Origin: Tubiluchus corallicola
Taxonomy: Eukaryota > Animalia > Priapulida
NCBI GenBank assembly: GCA_030141605.1
Contig: JAQGDQ010000328.1
Span: 113,908-177,907, forward strand
Length of the DNA stretch: 64,000 nt
Direction: 5' to 3'
Below, piece by piece: positions 30,301-39,500 of this stretch. How positions within the stretch are numbered: position 1 is the first letter of the stretch; the number at the start of each line of letters is the position of its first letter. Both the position numbers and the translations under genes were made by a program. Under the pieces are notes generated by a model. It had not been told where the DNA came from. It ran no database searches and saw nothing but the letters and a program-made list of their open reading frames with translations.

Positions 30301-33300
30301 CTCACTGAACCGACAATCAGCTGTTATCAGTTCAAGAAGAATATCTGCAGAAACTGAAGGCCAAAGAAACCTATTCAAAAGTATCATCAAAAATGACGAT
30401 GATGCGAAATAATAACTTGAAGAGTCACAACCTGCACTAGACGAAGTAACAAGTGAAAAGCTAAATAAGCACGAAGGACTAAACAAATCCAGGTTGAGTC
30501 ACAGGTAAAACATCACACCTAAAAAGCCACAGAAAAAAATCACAGGAAAAAATAACCGTAACCCCAATCCTAACTATAACCCTAACCTTAGCCAAAATTA
30601 ACTGTGACTTTTCACCTGACCAAAATTATAACTTTTCTCCACGACTTTATTACCAGTCACCGACTAAACACCACTGGACTTTAACTACGCAGTAAACACT
30701 CATGTGGTAATAAACATGTCTGTTGTACATGGTTACTGATCCTCTCAAAATGAGAGTACGCAGGCAGTAACACAGCCTGGCTGTTTTCTCGGGGAAAAAA
30801 CACACAGGAAACCATGCAAGGCACAGTAAACACAACACAAGAATGCACGTATAAACAATACTGGTGGTCAGTGACTGACGGGCACCAAGGACCCTAATGA
30901 GTCCTACATTCATTGAATCTTCATCAACCTGAGGTCCTGGTCCAGATATATATACCAGCGTAACCAGGACGGATCAGGCATTTGGTTATAGCACATTATA
31001 TTCATTATAGTCATTATATTCAAAATCAGTTGTTGCGAGATCTACTGTTGTTATAGGGTCACTGATTTCTCTGTTTTTTTCTGAAATATTTCCTGCTTCC
31101 TATTTTGTACAAACTATCACCACTAGGATACTAGGGTACCTCATGAATGTCACCTAGTTAAAAAAGCTTCATGATTCAGTGAAGCGCTTTTGCTGTTAAA
31201 AAAGGTAAAGAAATGCTGACACAAAAAGCAGTAAGCTTCAGGAAGTCACTCTGTAAACACTCTGTCTTTCATGCACTCTGTTTCTGGTGAAGCAGACTTT
31301 AAACTGCTTCAAAGTTTAGCTAACTGGAAATAGTTATCTCTTATGGTTTATATCTCTTATCAAAGTGTTATGGTTGGAACAGTGAAAACAGAAAAGCGAT
31401 CTATCTTAAAATAAACAGACTTGAGCTCTAAACCAGCAGTTCAATGCATCTCTACCAACGCAATGCACTACAAAACGATCATGGAAGAGAACCGTTACAA
31501 AAGACTACAATAACACTGTAATGCGTATCGGAAAGAAGGAGAGCCAATAAAAGCTACTCAACTTATTTTAAGGAATTTGCAAAAGTAAAAGAAATATTCG
31601 GTAAGCATGCTCACCCGACTCATACACAGCTATACTATCTGCATCCTCCCCGCCGCAGTAATCACCGCTGTTATCACCGCAAAGTAGATTACACGGTCCT
31701 GCTGCAGCCTCATCCTTGCCGAACTTGTCACGGCAACCGCACTTGACACCGTTCTCGGCTCTCCAAAGAAAAGCGAAAGCAGACTGAACACTGTTTAGAC
31801 CCCGACACAGGTTAGAACATGTCTGTACCGTAGGACTGGCGATGTTTTGCTCGTCAACAGATATGTCTTGCCAGCATCCTCGGAACTCGGCTCTCGCCCC
31901 GTCAAACACTGCAAGGTAAAATGGTTTAATAAGGTAATTTGTTCAGTGCAGTAAGTCCTCACTTAATGATGTCAATGCGATCCAGCAAAATGCAACGTTA
32001 AGTGAAATGTCGTTAAACGAAGCTTAAACTTCCATTGAAAGTAATGTAAAAGAATTGAGATACGTTCCAGAGACAAAAATCAATACCAGGGGTGTGCAAA
32101 TTATCTGACTAGCTGGGCCACATTAAACTTTCCCGCAATTCCTGCGGGCCACAGGCAGTTTAATGAAGGAGCCAAGTACAGAAAGGTCTAATAACGATTT
32201 TTTTTCATCCGACCTGCGCACATCATTACTACTACACTCAAGAAACTATATTAGAAGTTATTAAAATTTATATTACAAAACATATATTTCTACTTTCAGG
32301 ACAAATAGTGGTAATTTCATTACAATGCATATTAGTAATGTGTATCACACAGTCTGTGTAATACAGTGACATTAAGCTACAACCGTCTTGTAAGGGTTAA
32401 TGGCATCCGATCTAGTAGAAAAAACTACCCGCACTATCTTTGGGATTGTGGCACGGACTTCAGCTGGATACACTCAATTAATCGCCCGGGTCGCACTTTC
32501 ATTAGGTTGACAAATCTCTTAGCGGGCTGCACAAATTCTCTCGGCGGGCCGCAAGTTGCACACCCCTGATCAATACTGCTATAAGTTAAACATTCTATGA
32601 GTCTTATTCATATTTCTATTGATTGATGTCTTCTTGTTTGCCTGAAACCACCTATATACTTTACTTACCAATATCTAGTTATAGCGGTTTCTCTTTCGTT
32701 AATGATAGGCAAGTCAGCGCTTGAACAATAAGCACTGCAGAGTCAAGCCGTGGGGTGACCTTGGGAATGTTACCTACATACTTAGGTTAAAGGCAAAATT
32801 GCTCGCTGCACACAAACTGCTAGTAATACAGTGGTAGCGTCAGTAGTCAGCCGGAAAGCAAAAACGTATCATAATTACACTGTTTACATTACTAATGAAT
32901 TTTCAGAACAGAATAATGCAATACGTGCTGTTTTTATGCATCAAATTAGGTACAAATTTTCCTAACCAAATAAAAATTTGCCGAAGTAAAAAAATTGTTG
33001 TTAACGCAAAATGTGCGTTGTTAAGTGAAAAAAGGTGTCAAATGATCGGCGTCGTTAAAACGAAACGTCACTAAATGGGGAGTTGTTAAGCAAGGACTTA
33101 CTGTATACAAATATCTCACATATAACAGGCGTATAAAAATTCTAGAAGTTTCTACTACCTCACAGAATTTGATCTAAGCAATTATCAACTTTGATTTGCT
33201 ACTCATTTAGTACTGAGCATACAAACTAAATGCAAGACGGTGTGTCTTCAATCCAAACACAGTAATACTAGAATAGCTATATGGCACTAGTCTATTAATT

Positions 33301-36182
33301 AATATAGAAAGTGCCAGAAAAAGTCATCACATAGTATACAAGCATAATATGTCTTGCTTAAGAAAAATGCTTATTTAAATCATTTGTATCTCCCGCAAAA
33401 AATGCAAACTTGCTGCAAGTTGATTTCCTGTCTACCGTGAACGCCTCGGCAAATTACTCTAGACACATCACGGAATGAATAGAAAAGAGAGTGATAGCTT
33501 GAACTTACTGTCTGAGAGTAACTCGCAGCAGATTTTGCTCTCTAGTCTGAAAATGCTATTAGTCTAGTACACGATGAAAATTAACGTTATTACATTATTA
33601 CTTCACAAAATTAATTACATTTAATCAAAACTGACAACCTTGCACTTACTGTCTGAGAGTAACTCACGGCAAGTTTTGCTTTCTAGTCTGAAAGTGCCAT
33701 TAGTCTAGTACACGATGAAAATTAACGTTATTACATTATTACGTCACAAAATTAATTATATTTAAACAAAACTGACAACCTTGCACTTACTGTCTGAGAG
33801 TAACTCACGGCAAGTTTTGCTTTCTAGTCTGAAAGTGCCATTAGTCTAGTACATGATGAAAATTAACGTCATTGCATTATTACGTCACAAAATTAATTAA
33901 AACTGACACTGCCATTAACATAATGCACAAGTGAAATGACAATCGCATATTAAACGAAAAGTTACTACACTAAAGCAAAGGTTCCAGCAATCTCACAGAG
34001 ACCTTCCCAACTCCAAAGCTATTAAAGCTGGTGTCATACCTCCAGTGTTATAAATAGCATACGAAGCAGCATTCAACCCGCAGAAGAACTCAACATGCGG
34101 ATCAACGCACGTGCCGCACTCCAGATCTGTGCGACTGCGTCCGTACGAGTTACCGCAGTAACATTGGAACTCCTCCGCCGAGTAGACACTTCCCGACACC
34201 GCCGCTAGAGGATATCCTCTAGATGCACAAGAATCGGTGCAGTCTGGTGGATTCGTGGAGTTATCACTGGCTGACAAGATTGTGCTTTCCGTTGGTGCAT
34301 AGCAACCAATGTACGTATATTCCTGACCAAGCACTACAGCTTCTGAAATGAAATAAAAAATCTCTTTAAGCTAAAGAGCCCTTGGTAGAGTGGAAAGGTT
34401 ACCCTAATGAGATGACATATTTCCGATCATATTGTACTCAGTTCTACTGCACTAGTCTATGGGTGAAATTTATTTTGTACAATGTTCGTAAACTCAGACA
34501 TGCGTATAAAACTACTATTAGAATTTTTAATTAGGAATATAGTACTAGAGCTTTGTATATGTGTGCAGTGAACCGTATTCCATATTTCCCTGTAATAACA
34601 AGAAACGCTGCTTATAGTATCTGGTCAAGAATCAGCGAAAAAAGTGATAATTTCATTATTAGTGGTTTTATTAATGCGTCTGACATACGATAAGTCTAAC
34701 TTTGTATTGCAATGGTCGCAGGTACCTTCATCAGGTTCAATTATAAATCTGATAGTCTCCCGCAGCCTCTTATCTGCGGTGAGAGTTGGTAAAGTTGAGT
34801 CCCTCTTAATAACAATCCTTCATAATAATAATAATACTAATAGTTCAGAAACAACATTGGACTTCTTACAAACTCAAATTCAATCATTACGATTTAAAAT
34901 GTTATGTAATAAATTTATTCACGCCTACACCTGGCTTTGTGGGCTTCTAATTATTATAATTCAGGGGGTTTAAATTAATTTAAATTAGTTAAGTTAACTT
35001 ACTACTTCCAAACTTTCAAAACTAAGGATAACAAATAGCTGGAAACCTATGTAAAGAACTATGTCCTTCGTGCTTAAAATCTGAACAGTTTATAGACATC
35101 AAAATAGAAAACCTCCATAAAATTGGAGAAAGCCAGCAGACATTACTGGCTACGGCTACCTTAAAGGAAAACTGGGTCCAATGTTAAATCACAGATCAAA
35201 ACAATCTACTATTTAAAATATTTACAGGGAACATATTGTTTTTTTTCAAGAATGACTTACGTGAAAGAATTATTACCACACAAATGCATATTCGCATTTG
35301 CGCCACTAGTTCTTCACTGTTAAAATGAATTTTGCCATTCGCTAGTTATACAGGCACTAGCGCCTGCATTTCAGAAATGCATTGCACAAGAAACAGGTGT
35401 TCTACTTCTCCGTTCAGATGTGTTAGTTTGTGACATACTACACACGTTCGACAGCTCATGCGTGAGCACAGTGGTAAATTTGAAATTTGTATTTTTATCT
35501 TAAGACTAGCCTAGTTTTAGTACAACACACTGAATATCATACAGTAGCACTGTACTTCAATTTTTGCCTGAAGAATGTTTGAACTTTTGAAAATTCTGTT
35601 CATTTGTGATGTCATCAATAGTTGGGCTCGTCTACCATTGATTAGATTTTAATCTATTATTTAATTATCAGAAACGGTTTTGCAGTATTAATTGTGTTAA
35701 AATGTATACTTTTTACCATTCTTGAAAATGGGGTATGATATGAAAAATCATAATGTCTTCCTTTAAGTAGAAGTTGCTAAAAACTTGCAAAAATGTCAAA
35801 ACTTATCAGTTATAGAATCAAGCCTATATGAAGCATGTAAAACGTGGCTTGAACTTGAATGCAAGTCGTTTCTCCTACATTTAAACCCAAAATAAAACAA
35901 ATTAATTCTTACTAACAAGAACAGTGACAATGAATAGACAATGTACTAACAACAACAGTGACAATGAATAGACAAATGTACTAACAAGAACAGTGACAAT
36001 GAATAGACAATGTACTAACAACAACAGTGACAATGAATAGACAAATGTACTAACAAGAACAGTGACAATGAATAGAAAAAACACATTTTTTTCCCTCATC
36101 AAACACATAATAATCAAAATAGCAATTGCAAAAACTTACCAGAAAAGAAAAGTAAAATTCCAATAGTAACTACCAATTTCAT
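1..36182 (-). CDS. Gene A (span of a multi-exon CDS, 3' end outside window): secreted/cell-surface protein, SP-5xWSC-(FN3x4-EGF)n, n>2
   Basis: 21 exons with AG/GT (one GC) boundaries and compatible phases join into one open frame: 36140-36182, 34040-34342, 31615-31908, 29236-29538, 26981-27113, 26293-26471, 24621-24761, 23185-23379, 21765-22100, 20551-20651, 19406-19646, 16414-16737, 15503-15799, 15295-15414, 14232-14567, 9605-9705, 5193-5433, 3583-3906, 1818-2114, 881-1000, <1-20. Confidence 0.88.
881..1000 (-). CDS. Gene A module 2 exon f, EGF-like
   Basis: 120 nt, GT donor; 6 mismatches to 15295-15414. Confidence 0.87.
1818..2114 (-). CDS. Gene A module 2 exon e, FN3
   Basis: 297 nt paralogue of 15503-15799. 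Confidence 0.88.
2130..2760. mobile_element. Dispersed repeat (non-autonomous DNA element), inverted copy at about 17960-18445
   Basis: ctatgttatttctaa.ctgagataatccacattgaagttga.gtgca...gatggctcttcc...gagctactatc.gagtttgaaaat shared on opposite strands. Confidence 0.7.
3583..3906 (-). CDS. Gene A module 2 exon d, FN3
   Basis: 324 nt paralogue of 16414-16737. Confidence 0.9.
4286..4600. repeat. 41-bp minisatellite, ~7.5 copies
   Basis: acaacttgttgcaacatgtgaacagtttggcaacatctccc. Confidence 0.95.
4775..4930. repeat. Compound pentanucleotide microsatellite (TGTAT/TGTGC/ACACT)n
   Basis: Direct reading. Confidence 0.95.
5193..5433 (-). CDS. Gene A module 2 exon c, FN3 C-part
   Basis: 241 nt paralogue of 19406-19646; WSEWS. 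Confidence 0.88.
6604..7548. repeat. 25-bp minisatellite, ~37 copies
   Basis: catgagtatcattgatcatccactt. Confidence 0.95.
8538..9000 (+). mobile_element. CR1/L2-clade LINE 3' fragment
   Basis: YKFMVRPVLDY..IWNP...LESNQRRATRMIPG...RL..LGL..L...RLDMIQTFRIL, then frameshifted WNKLP...RLDRFW. Confidence 0.85.
9605..9705 (-). CDS. Gene A module 2 exon b
   Basis: 101 nt paralogue of 20551-20651. Confidence 0.82.
9826..13850. repeat. 65-bp satellite, ~62 copies, intronic
   Basis: tgacaattgcaaatgcacaatgcactgggatgttggactgtgtgcctggccaggtctcctcagcc; ORF starts recur every 65 nt. Confidence 0.97.
14232..14567 (-). CDS. Gene A module 2 exon a, FN3
   Basis: 336 nt paralogue of 21765-22100. Confidence 0.88.
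15295..15414 (-). CDS. Gene A module 1 exon f, EGF-like (GC donor)
   Basis: 120 nt; CEPASNPCSANSVC...FTCDCFDYYYGEFC; followed by G|GCAAGT. Confidence 0.85.
15503..15799 (-). CDS. Gene A module 1 exon e, FN3
   Basis: 297 nt; SLAFTW..P.DCCRRNG...GY...L.CASTYLFTV.F.NEVG. Confidence 0.88.
16414..16737 (-). CDS. Gene A module 1 exon d, FN3
   Basis: 324 nt; APGPVEGL...SSSIRVTWEEP..PNGVIQHYTVSY. Confidence 0.9.
17016..17535. repeat. 21-bp minisatellite, ~24 copies
   Basis: gtggcttccagtgtccagcgt. Confidence 0.95.
19406..19646 (-). CDS. Gene A module 1 exon c, FN3 C-part
   Basis: 241 nt, phase 0 to 1; YEIRY...LTGLSPYTNYEVSVR...WSEWS. Confidence 0.88.
19719..20323. mobile_element. Tc1/mariner-type MITE
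   Basis: TA|ccgtatatacttatgtacaagtcga ... tcgacttgtatacacgtatatacgg|TA. Confidence 0.75.
20551..20651 (-). CDS. Gene A module 1 exon b, FN3 N-part
   Basis: 101 nt, phase 1 to 0; PLSSLDAPELGDSYLELEENAADNTAAIPVTLQ. Confidence 0.82.
21765..22100 (-). CDS. Gene A module 1 exon a, FN3
   Basis: 336 nt; ATVSW...YIVRY...TGL...TYSV...S.P.EFTT. Confidence 0.88.
22204..22251 (-). pseudogene. Frameshifted remnant of a duplicated FN3 exon-a start
   Basis: ctag|AA TAT CCC AGC TTC AGC GCC ACC = EYPSFSAT; after a 1-nt shift AVVEEDAK, versus the real exon SAAPTLAEEDIN. Confidence 0.6.
23185..23379 (-). CDS. Gene A WSC domain 5, C-terminal half
   Basis: 195 nt, phase 1-1; GYHHAF...CGCG...CDTICSG...CGG...SVY. 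Confidence 0.85.
23727..23933. repeat. (AATCT)n/(AATCC)n microsatellite
   Basis: Direct reading. Confidence 0.95.
24132..24578. mobile_element. MITE with CAGG.TTCCCACAG termini
   Basis: caggattcccacag ... ctgtgggaacacgg; subterminal ttccctgac repeats. Confidence 0.55.
24621..24761 (-). CDS. Gene A WSC domain 5, N-terminal half
   Basis: 141 nt, phase 1-1; LVGCY...HPEMCVPRCREN. Confidence 0.83.
25714..26154. mobile_element. Tc1/mariner (pogo-like) MITE
   Basis: TA|cagtaaactccacttaactcaaa ... tttgagttacgtggagtttactg|TA; internal taactcaa repeats. Confidence 0.8.
26293..26471 (-). CDS. Gene A WSC domain 4, C-terminal half
   Basis: 179 nt, phase 2 to 1; YAGL...ECRCGN...CNEPC...CGGLEANQIY. Confidence 0.85.
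26981..27113 (-). CDS. Gene A WSC domain 4, N-terminal half
   Basis: Not in the ORF track in this frame; reads LKDADASMRGCWQAVDADDSFDLTWSPSDGNSSSGSEACKTACR, phase 1 to 2 (acceptor could be 12 nt further in). Confidence 0.8.
27317..27545. repeat. (AAT)n/(CAT)n/(TAT)n microsatellite
   Basis: Direct reading. Confidence 0.95.
29236..29538 (-). CDS. Gene A WSC domain 3
   Basis: 303 nt, phase 1-1; GCF...CRDEC...CYCGN...CEFLC...CGGHDAVNVY. Confidence 0.88.
29617..30291. mobile_element. Truncated copy of the 31949-33103 MITE lacking the hAT insert
   Basis: Shared gaaagtaatgtaaaagaattgagat ... gttaaaacgaaacgtca ... ttaagcgagggtttaccg. Confidence 0.7.
31615..31908 (-). CDS. Gene A WSC domain 2
   Basis: 294 nt, phase 1-1; FRGCWQD...TCSNLC...CGCR...CNLLC...CGG...AVY. 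Confidence 0.88.
31949..33103. mobile_element. Tc1/mariner-type MITE carrying a nested hAT insertion
   Basis: TIRs cagtaagtcctcacttaa / ttaagcaaggacttactg|TA; truncated sister copy at about 29617-30291. Confidence 0.75.
32087..32568. mobile_element. hAT MITE
   Basis: TIR caggggtgtgcaa / ttgcacacccctg with perfect 8-bp TSD ATCAATAC. Confidence 0.9.
33500..33905. repeat. ~141-bp tandem triplication
   Basis: acttactgtctgagagtaactc at about 33503, 33644 and 33785. Confidence 0.9.
34040..34342 (-). CDS. Gene A WSC domain 1
   Basis: 303 nt, phase 1-1; YIGCY...CTDSC...CYCGN...C..C...CG...AIY. Confidence 0.88.
35165..35762. mobile_element. Kolobok-like MITE (TTAA target)
   Basis: TTAA|aggaa ... 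ttcct|TTAA; related copies at about 24837-25350 (inverted), 23492-23585 and 55550-55975. Confidence 0.6.
35909..36075. repeat. ~33-35-bp tandem repeat
   Basis: actaacaa(g/c)aacagtgacaatgaatagacaa(a)tgt x5. Confidence 0.9.
36140..36182 (-). CDS. Gene A first coding exon, signal peptide
   Basis: ATG-MKLVVTIGILLFFS, then a phase-1 G|GTAAGT donor; joined to the next exon gives MKLVVTIGILLFFSEAVVLG/QEY, a typical signal peptide. Confidence 0.8.
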
Positions 36183-38149
36183 TATGAATTTTACACGAAA
36201 AACATGGCAAACCTAATTTGAGAATAAATACCACTCAAGGCAATTAACTATAATGTCTGATTAGCACTCCTCAATGGAATCAAACCATCAACCAGTCAAA
36301 GTTGCTTCCTGAGTATTTAAGTAAGCTATCTCCCCAAACACGATGCCCTGTCATATGTTTAACAAAGGTGGACAAATGTTTTCCTAACGATTAATTATCT
36401 CACCACTGACCTCTGAACAGAAGCTCAAGCCAGGGGCAGCTCCAAGTCCTCCGACAAAATCATGAAATACGATCCTACAAAAAACCATGAATACTTTCAG
36501 CCATTACTAAGCCACCACCGGATCTGGGTGCAGCTATACATGGTTTACAATGGACAGCAATACAAGAAACTATGCATTAACACTCTACAGTTGATGAAGA
36601 AAATCTTGAATCATTTGCACCAATCTGCCCTAAATTGACAGACCATAAGTACTAAAAATCATAGTGCAAGATATTTGTTTGTGCTTAGCTGTTTGCTCTG
36701 GACATAATGCATAAATGCAGTATGGATTAAGGTACACTAGTTTAATGCAAGAGAATAAACCCTACCATAAAATTAATATGAGTAACTATAAACTTTTTTA
36801 TTATTCAACCGTCCGGGTTCATTTCAAAAGGGTAATTTTAAAGTTCAAAATAGTTACAATTGCTTCTAGTCAATTTAACTTTGTTTTATTTAATTAGTAT
36901 TTTGTTTTAATTAATAAGAATGCACGTTAGACACGAAATTATTATTATCAATATTTATTTCGAAATTGTAGTACAATTTGTTAGTAGCATAGAGTAATAA
37001 GAATATTAACACTATATAAAAATTTACACATAAAGCGACAATAAACAATATAGTACTTAGTCAAGGGTGGTAAAACAAAAAATAATACAATTAAGTATAG
37101 CCTAGAGGTTGTGCGAAAGTAAAGACCACCTTTTACAGTTCAATTGAAAACTAGTTGAGAAACATCACCACTCACTATGTTGGCATCCTTGCTGTCAGCG
37201 GTTGCTCGGCAACGAAAAATGTGGCCCGCATCACTCATTTCTGTCTGTATAACATCTATTGCACTCTGTCTTGATTTGCTCCTTTGTATCTTTTCTGCAT
37301 TTTCTATGAAATCCTACAAGTTAAATCAGTTAAGTAACAATTATTAGTATTACAAACATTTTGTCAATTGTTTGAACTGAATAAAAAATCATCTAACATT
37401 AATAATTATAATATTATATCAAAATTAATATTATTATTATTATGATTATTGCTGTTAATATTATTATTTAGGAAGGTCAAATCCCACAATTAAATGAATT
37501 TTGAGGCCTCACTTTCAAAACAGGAAATGTAAAAAAAGTTTTAACACGGCCCAGATTTGAACCAAATGCCTTTCATATCGATTGATTGCCATTGAAATGG
37601 TTCAACATGTTCGTGAAATGACATGTAACAATTTTGCTACTGACGAACTGAAGAAACAAATGACCGCTGCCGTTTGTGGAACGACCACTACAAACATTTC
37701 GCTATTGGTGAACTGAACAAACAAAATTATCTAACACGTATATGAAATGACTACGCCAACATTAAACACTAGACTCGCCTTGGGCAAGCATTAGTCAAAC
37801 ACTGATAGAACAGACATTCAATGTCACTTTGTGACTTTACAGATTAATTTTTTACATCACAAGGGACGAGAAAATAAACAAATTAAATTTTTACATCACA
37901 AGAGACAAGAAAATAAACTAATTGAATTTCTTAAAAATAGTTATTTCTTCAGTTATACTAAACTCAAGTAAAAAGTGAGTTGAGCATTAATACGTTAAAA
38001 TGCACAATTTTTTATTAGAACAGAAGAAAGTCTAATGCCGAAAGAAAATATTAATTAAACAATTAACATAAGCTCGAACAGCTTTTTGTCGACTGTAAAT
38101 AGCAATTCTACGACTACATAAGAAAGACTATTATTACTCCACTTATACC

Positions 38150-38270
38150 CTAAACAATAGGTGCTAGGCAGGGCAAACACAGGTACCATTTTCATGGCCT
38201 TTGGTATGACCCGGCTGAAGTATTGAACTTACGACCTCCCAGACGGAAAGTGGATGTGTTACCACTAGAT
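38150..38270 (-). mobile_element. tRNA-derived SINE fragment
   Basis: tagtggtaa...ggaggtcgtaagttcaa...ccgggtcataccaaag...aaaatggtacctg; related + strand copy at about 16765-16960. Confidence 0.55.
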
Positions 38271-39339
38271 TAAAGCAGAATCAATACGTATTTTAATGTG
38301 AATTAACTAGCAAATTTCTGAGACGCAAAGTTCTCACCTTAGAGAGAAACTTCATAGCATTCACTAAGCTAGTATGTTAGACCCTTGTTAAACTTTCAAC
38401 ACCCACGAACGAAATGTAACTCCTTCAGGACCGCACCATACAAAATAGGTCTTATGAGACCTATGACTTTACTGAGCATACACATAACCAAGTGATTACA
38501 AATTGGGTACTGTTCTATTCAGGAGAATCTCGGCTAAATTTAAGTCTTACTTAGGTGCTCCAACTTAGCCTATCGAGTAGCTTACTCCGACACTTACTTG
38601 CGTGACTGAACACAATAATTTATAAATCGCCAGCTTACTACAGCCCAAGCCGTGCAGTGTCCTGCAGATATTCCAGGAAAAACCAACTGATAAGCCAGAG
38701 ACAAATTCAGGTTGTTTCATCTTTTAACAGGAATTTCTCCTTAAAATATAGTAGACTGAAAGCCAAAGTTTATCAGAGTGTTGCATCTGGCTAGTTGAAA
38801 TTTTCTGCATTAGCTGATTTCACTCTTTAGGTACTCAAGGCTTTTTTCCGTTTTTTGTCAAAAGCCGATTTTTACATTGTCTAAGGTACGCAAAAGCGTT
38901 CTCATTACATAATTTTCCATGAAAATCTATTATGTGAGAAGTAGAAACCTACAAAAATGATGAACTATAACGTAATCGCTGCCTAGTGAGAACAGTTTTT
39001 CATGAACCTGTGCAAAATGCAGCAAAAGTCAACAGTTCTGAAGAAGTTTAACTAATCCTAGTTGCTGAAATAAATTCTGCATCTACATGCACACAAGATT
39101 TTTAAAGACTCATGGTTTGTCGTTGAGCATTTTCAATCCATAGATCACTACAAAAAAGGTCTTTTGATCATATAACATGATCATTACTATCAAAAAATAA
39201 CTGAAAAATTATTTACAAATTCTCCCTACACACTTATTATCGCCTAACATGATCATTACTGTTCAAAAACAGCTAAAGTTATATACAAATTCACAATATG
39301 ACATTGGGTTTCCATTGAAAAATTTAAGCAGATCGTTGA

Positions 39340-39500
39340 AATTCAGTTCAGTGTTATCTTCACGAAGGTGATTAGTAAGTGGACAAAAACAGATAACATG
39401 CTCTTCTGTTTGAATGTTTAAGCCAGGACAGGAGCATAGCCTGTCTTCTCTTTTTATCCTTGCCCGTCTTCCAGTCTCAATAGCTAGGTTATGCTGGTCG
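39340..39500 (-). mobile_element. LINE ORF2 C-terminal Cys/His fragment
   Basis: HNLAIETGRRARIKREDRLCSCPGLNIQTEEHVICFCPLTNHLR; related fragment RLCQYGQIQTENHVIAECPLT at 27240-27316 (+). Confidence 0.65.

Noticed and set aside
1-36182. Naming gene A as a receptor tyrosine phosphatase, usherin, Kremen or polycystin
   Set aside because: Diagnostic domains are not in the window; no gene symbol can be supported
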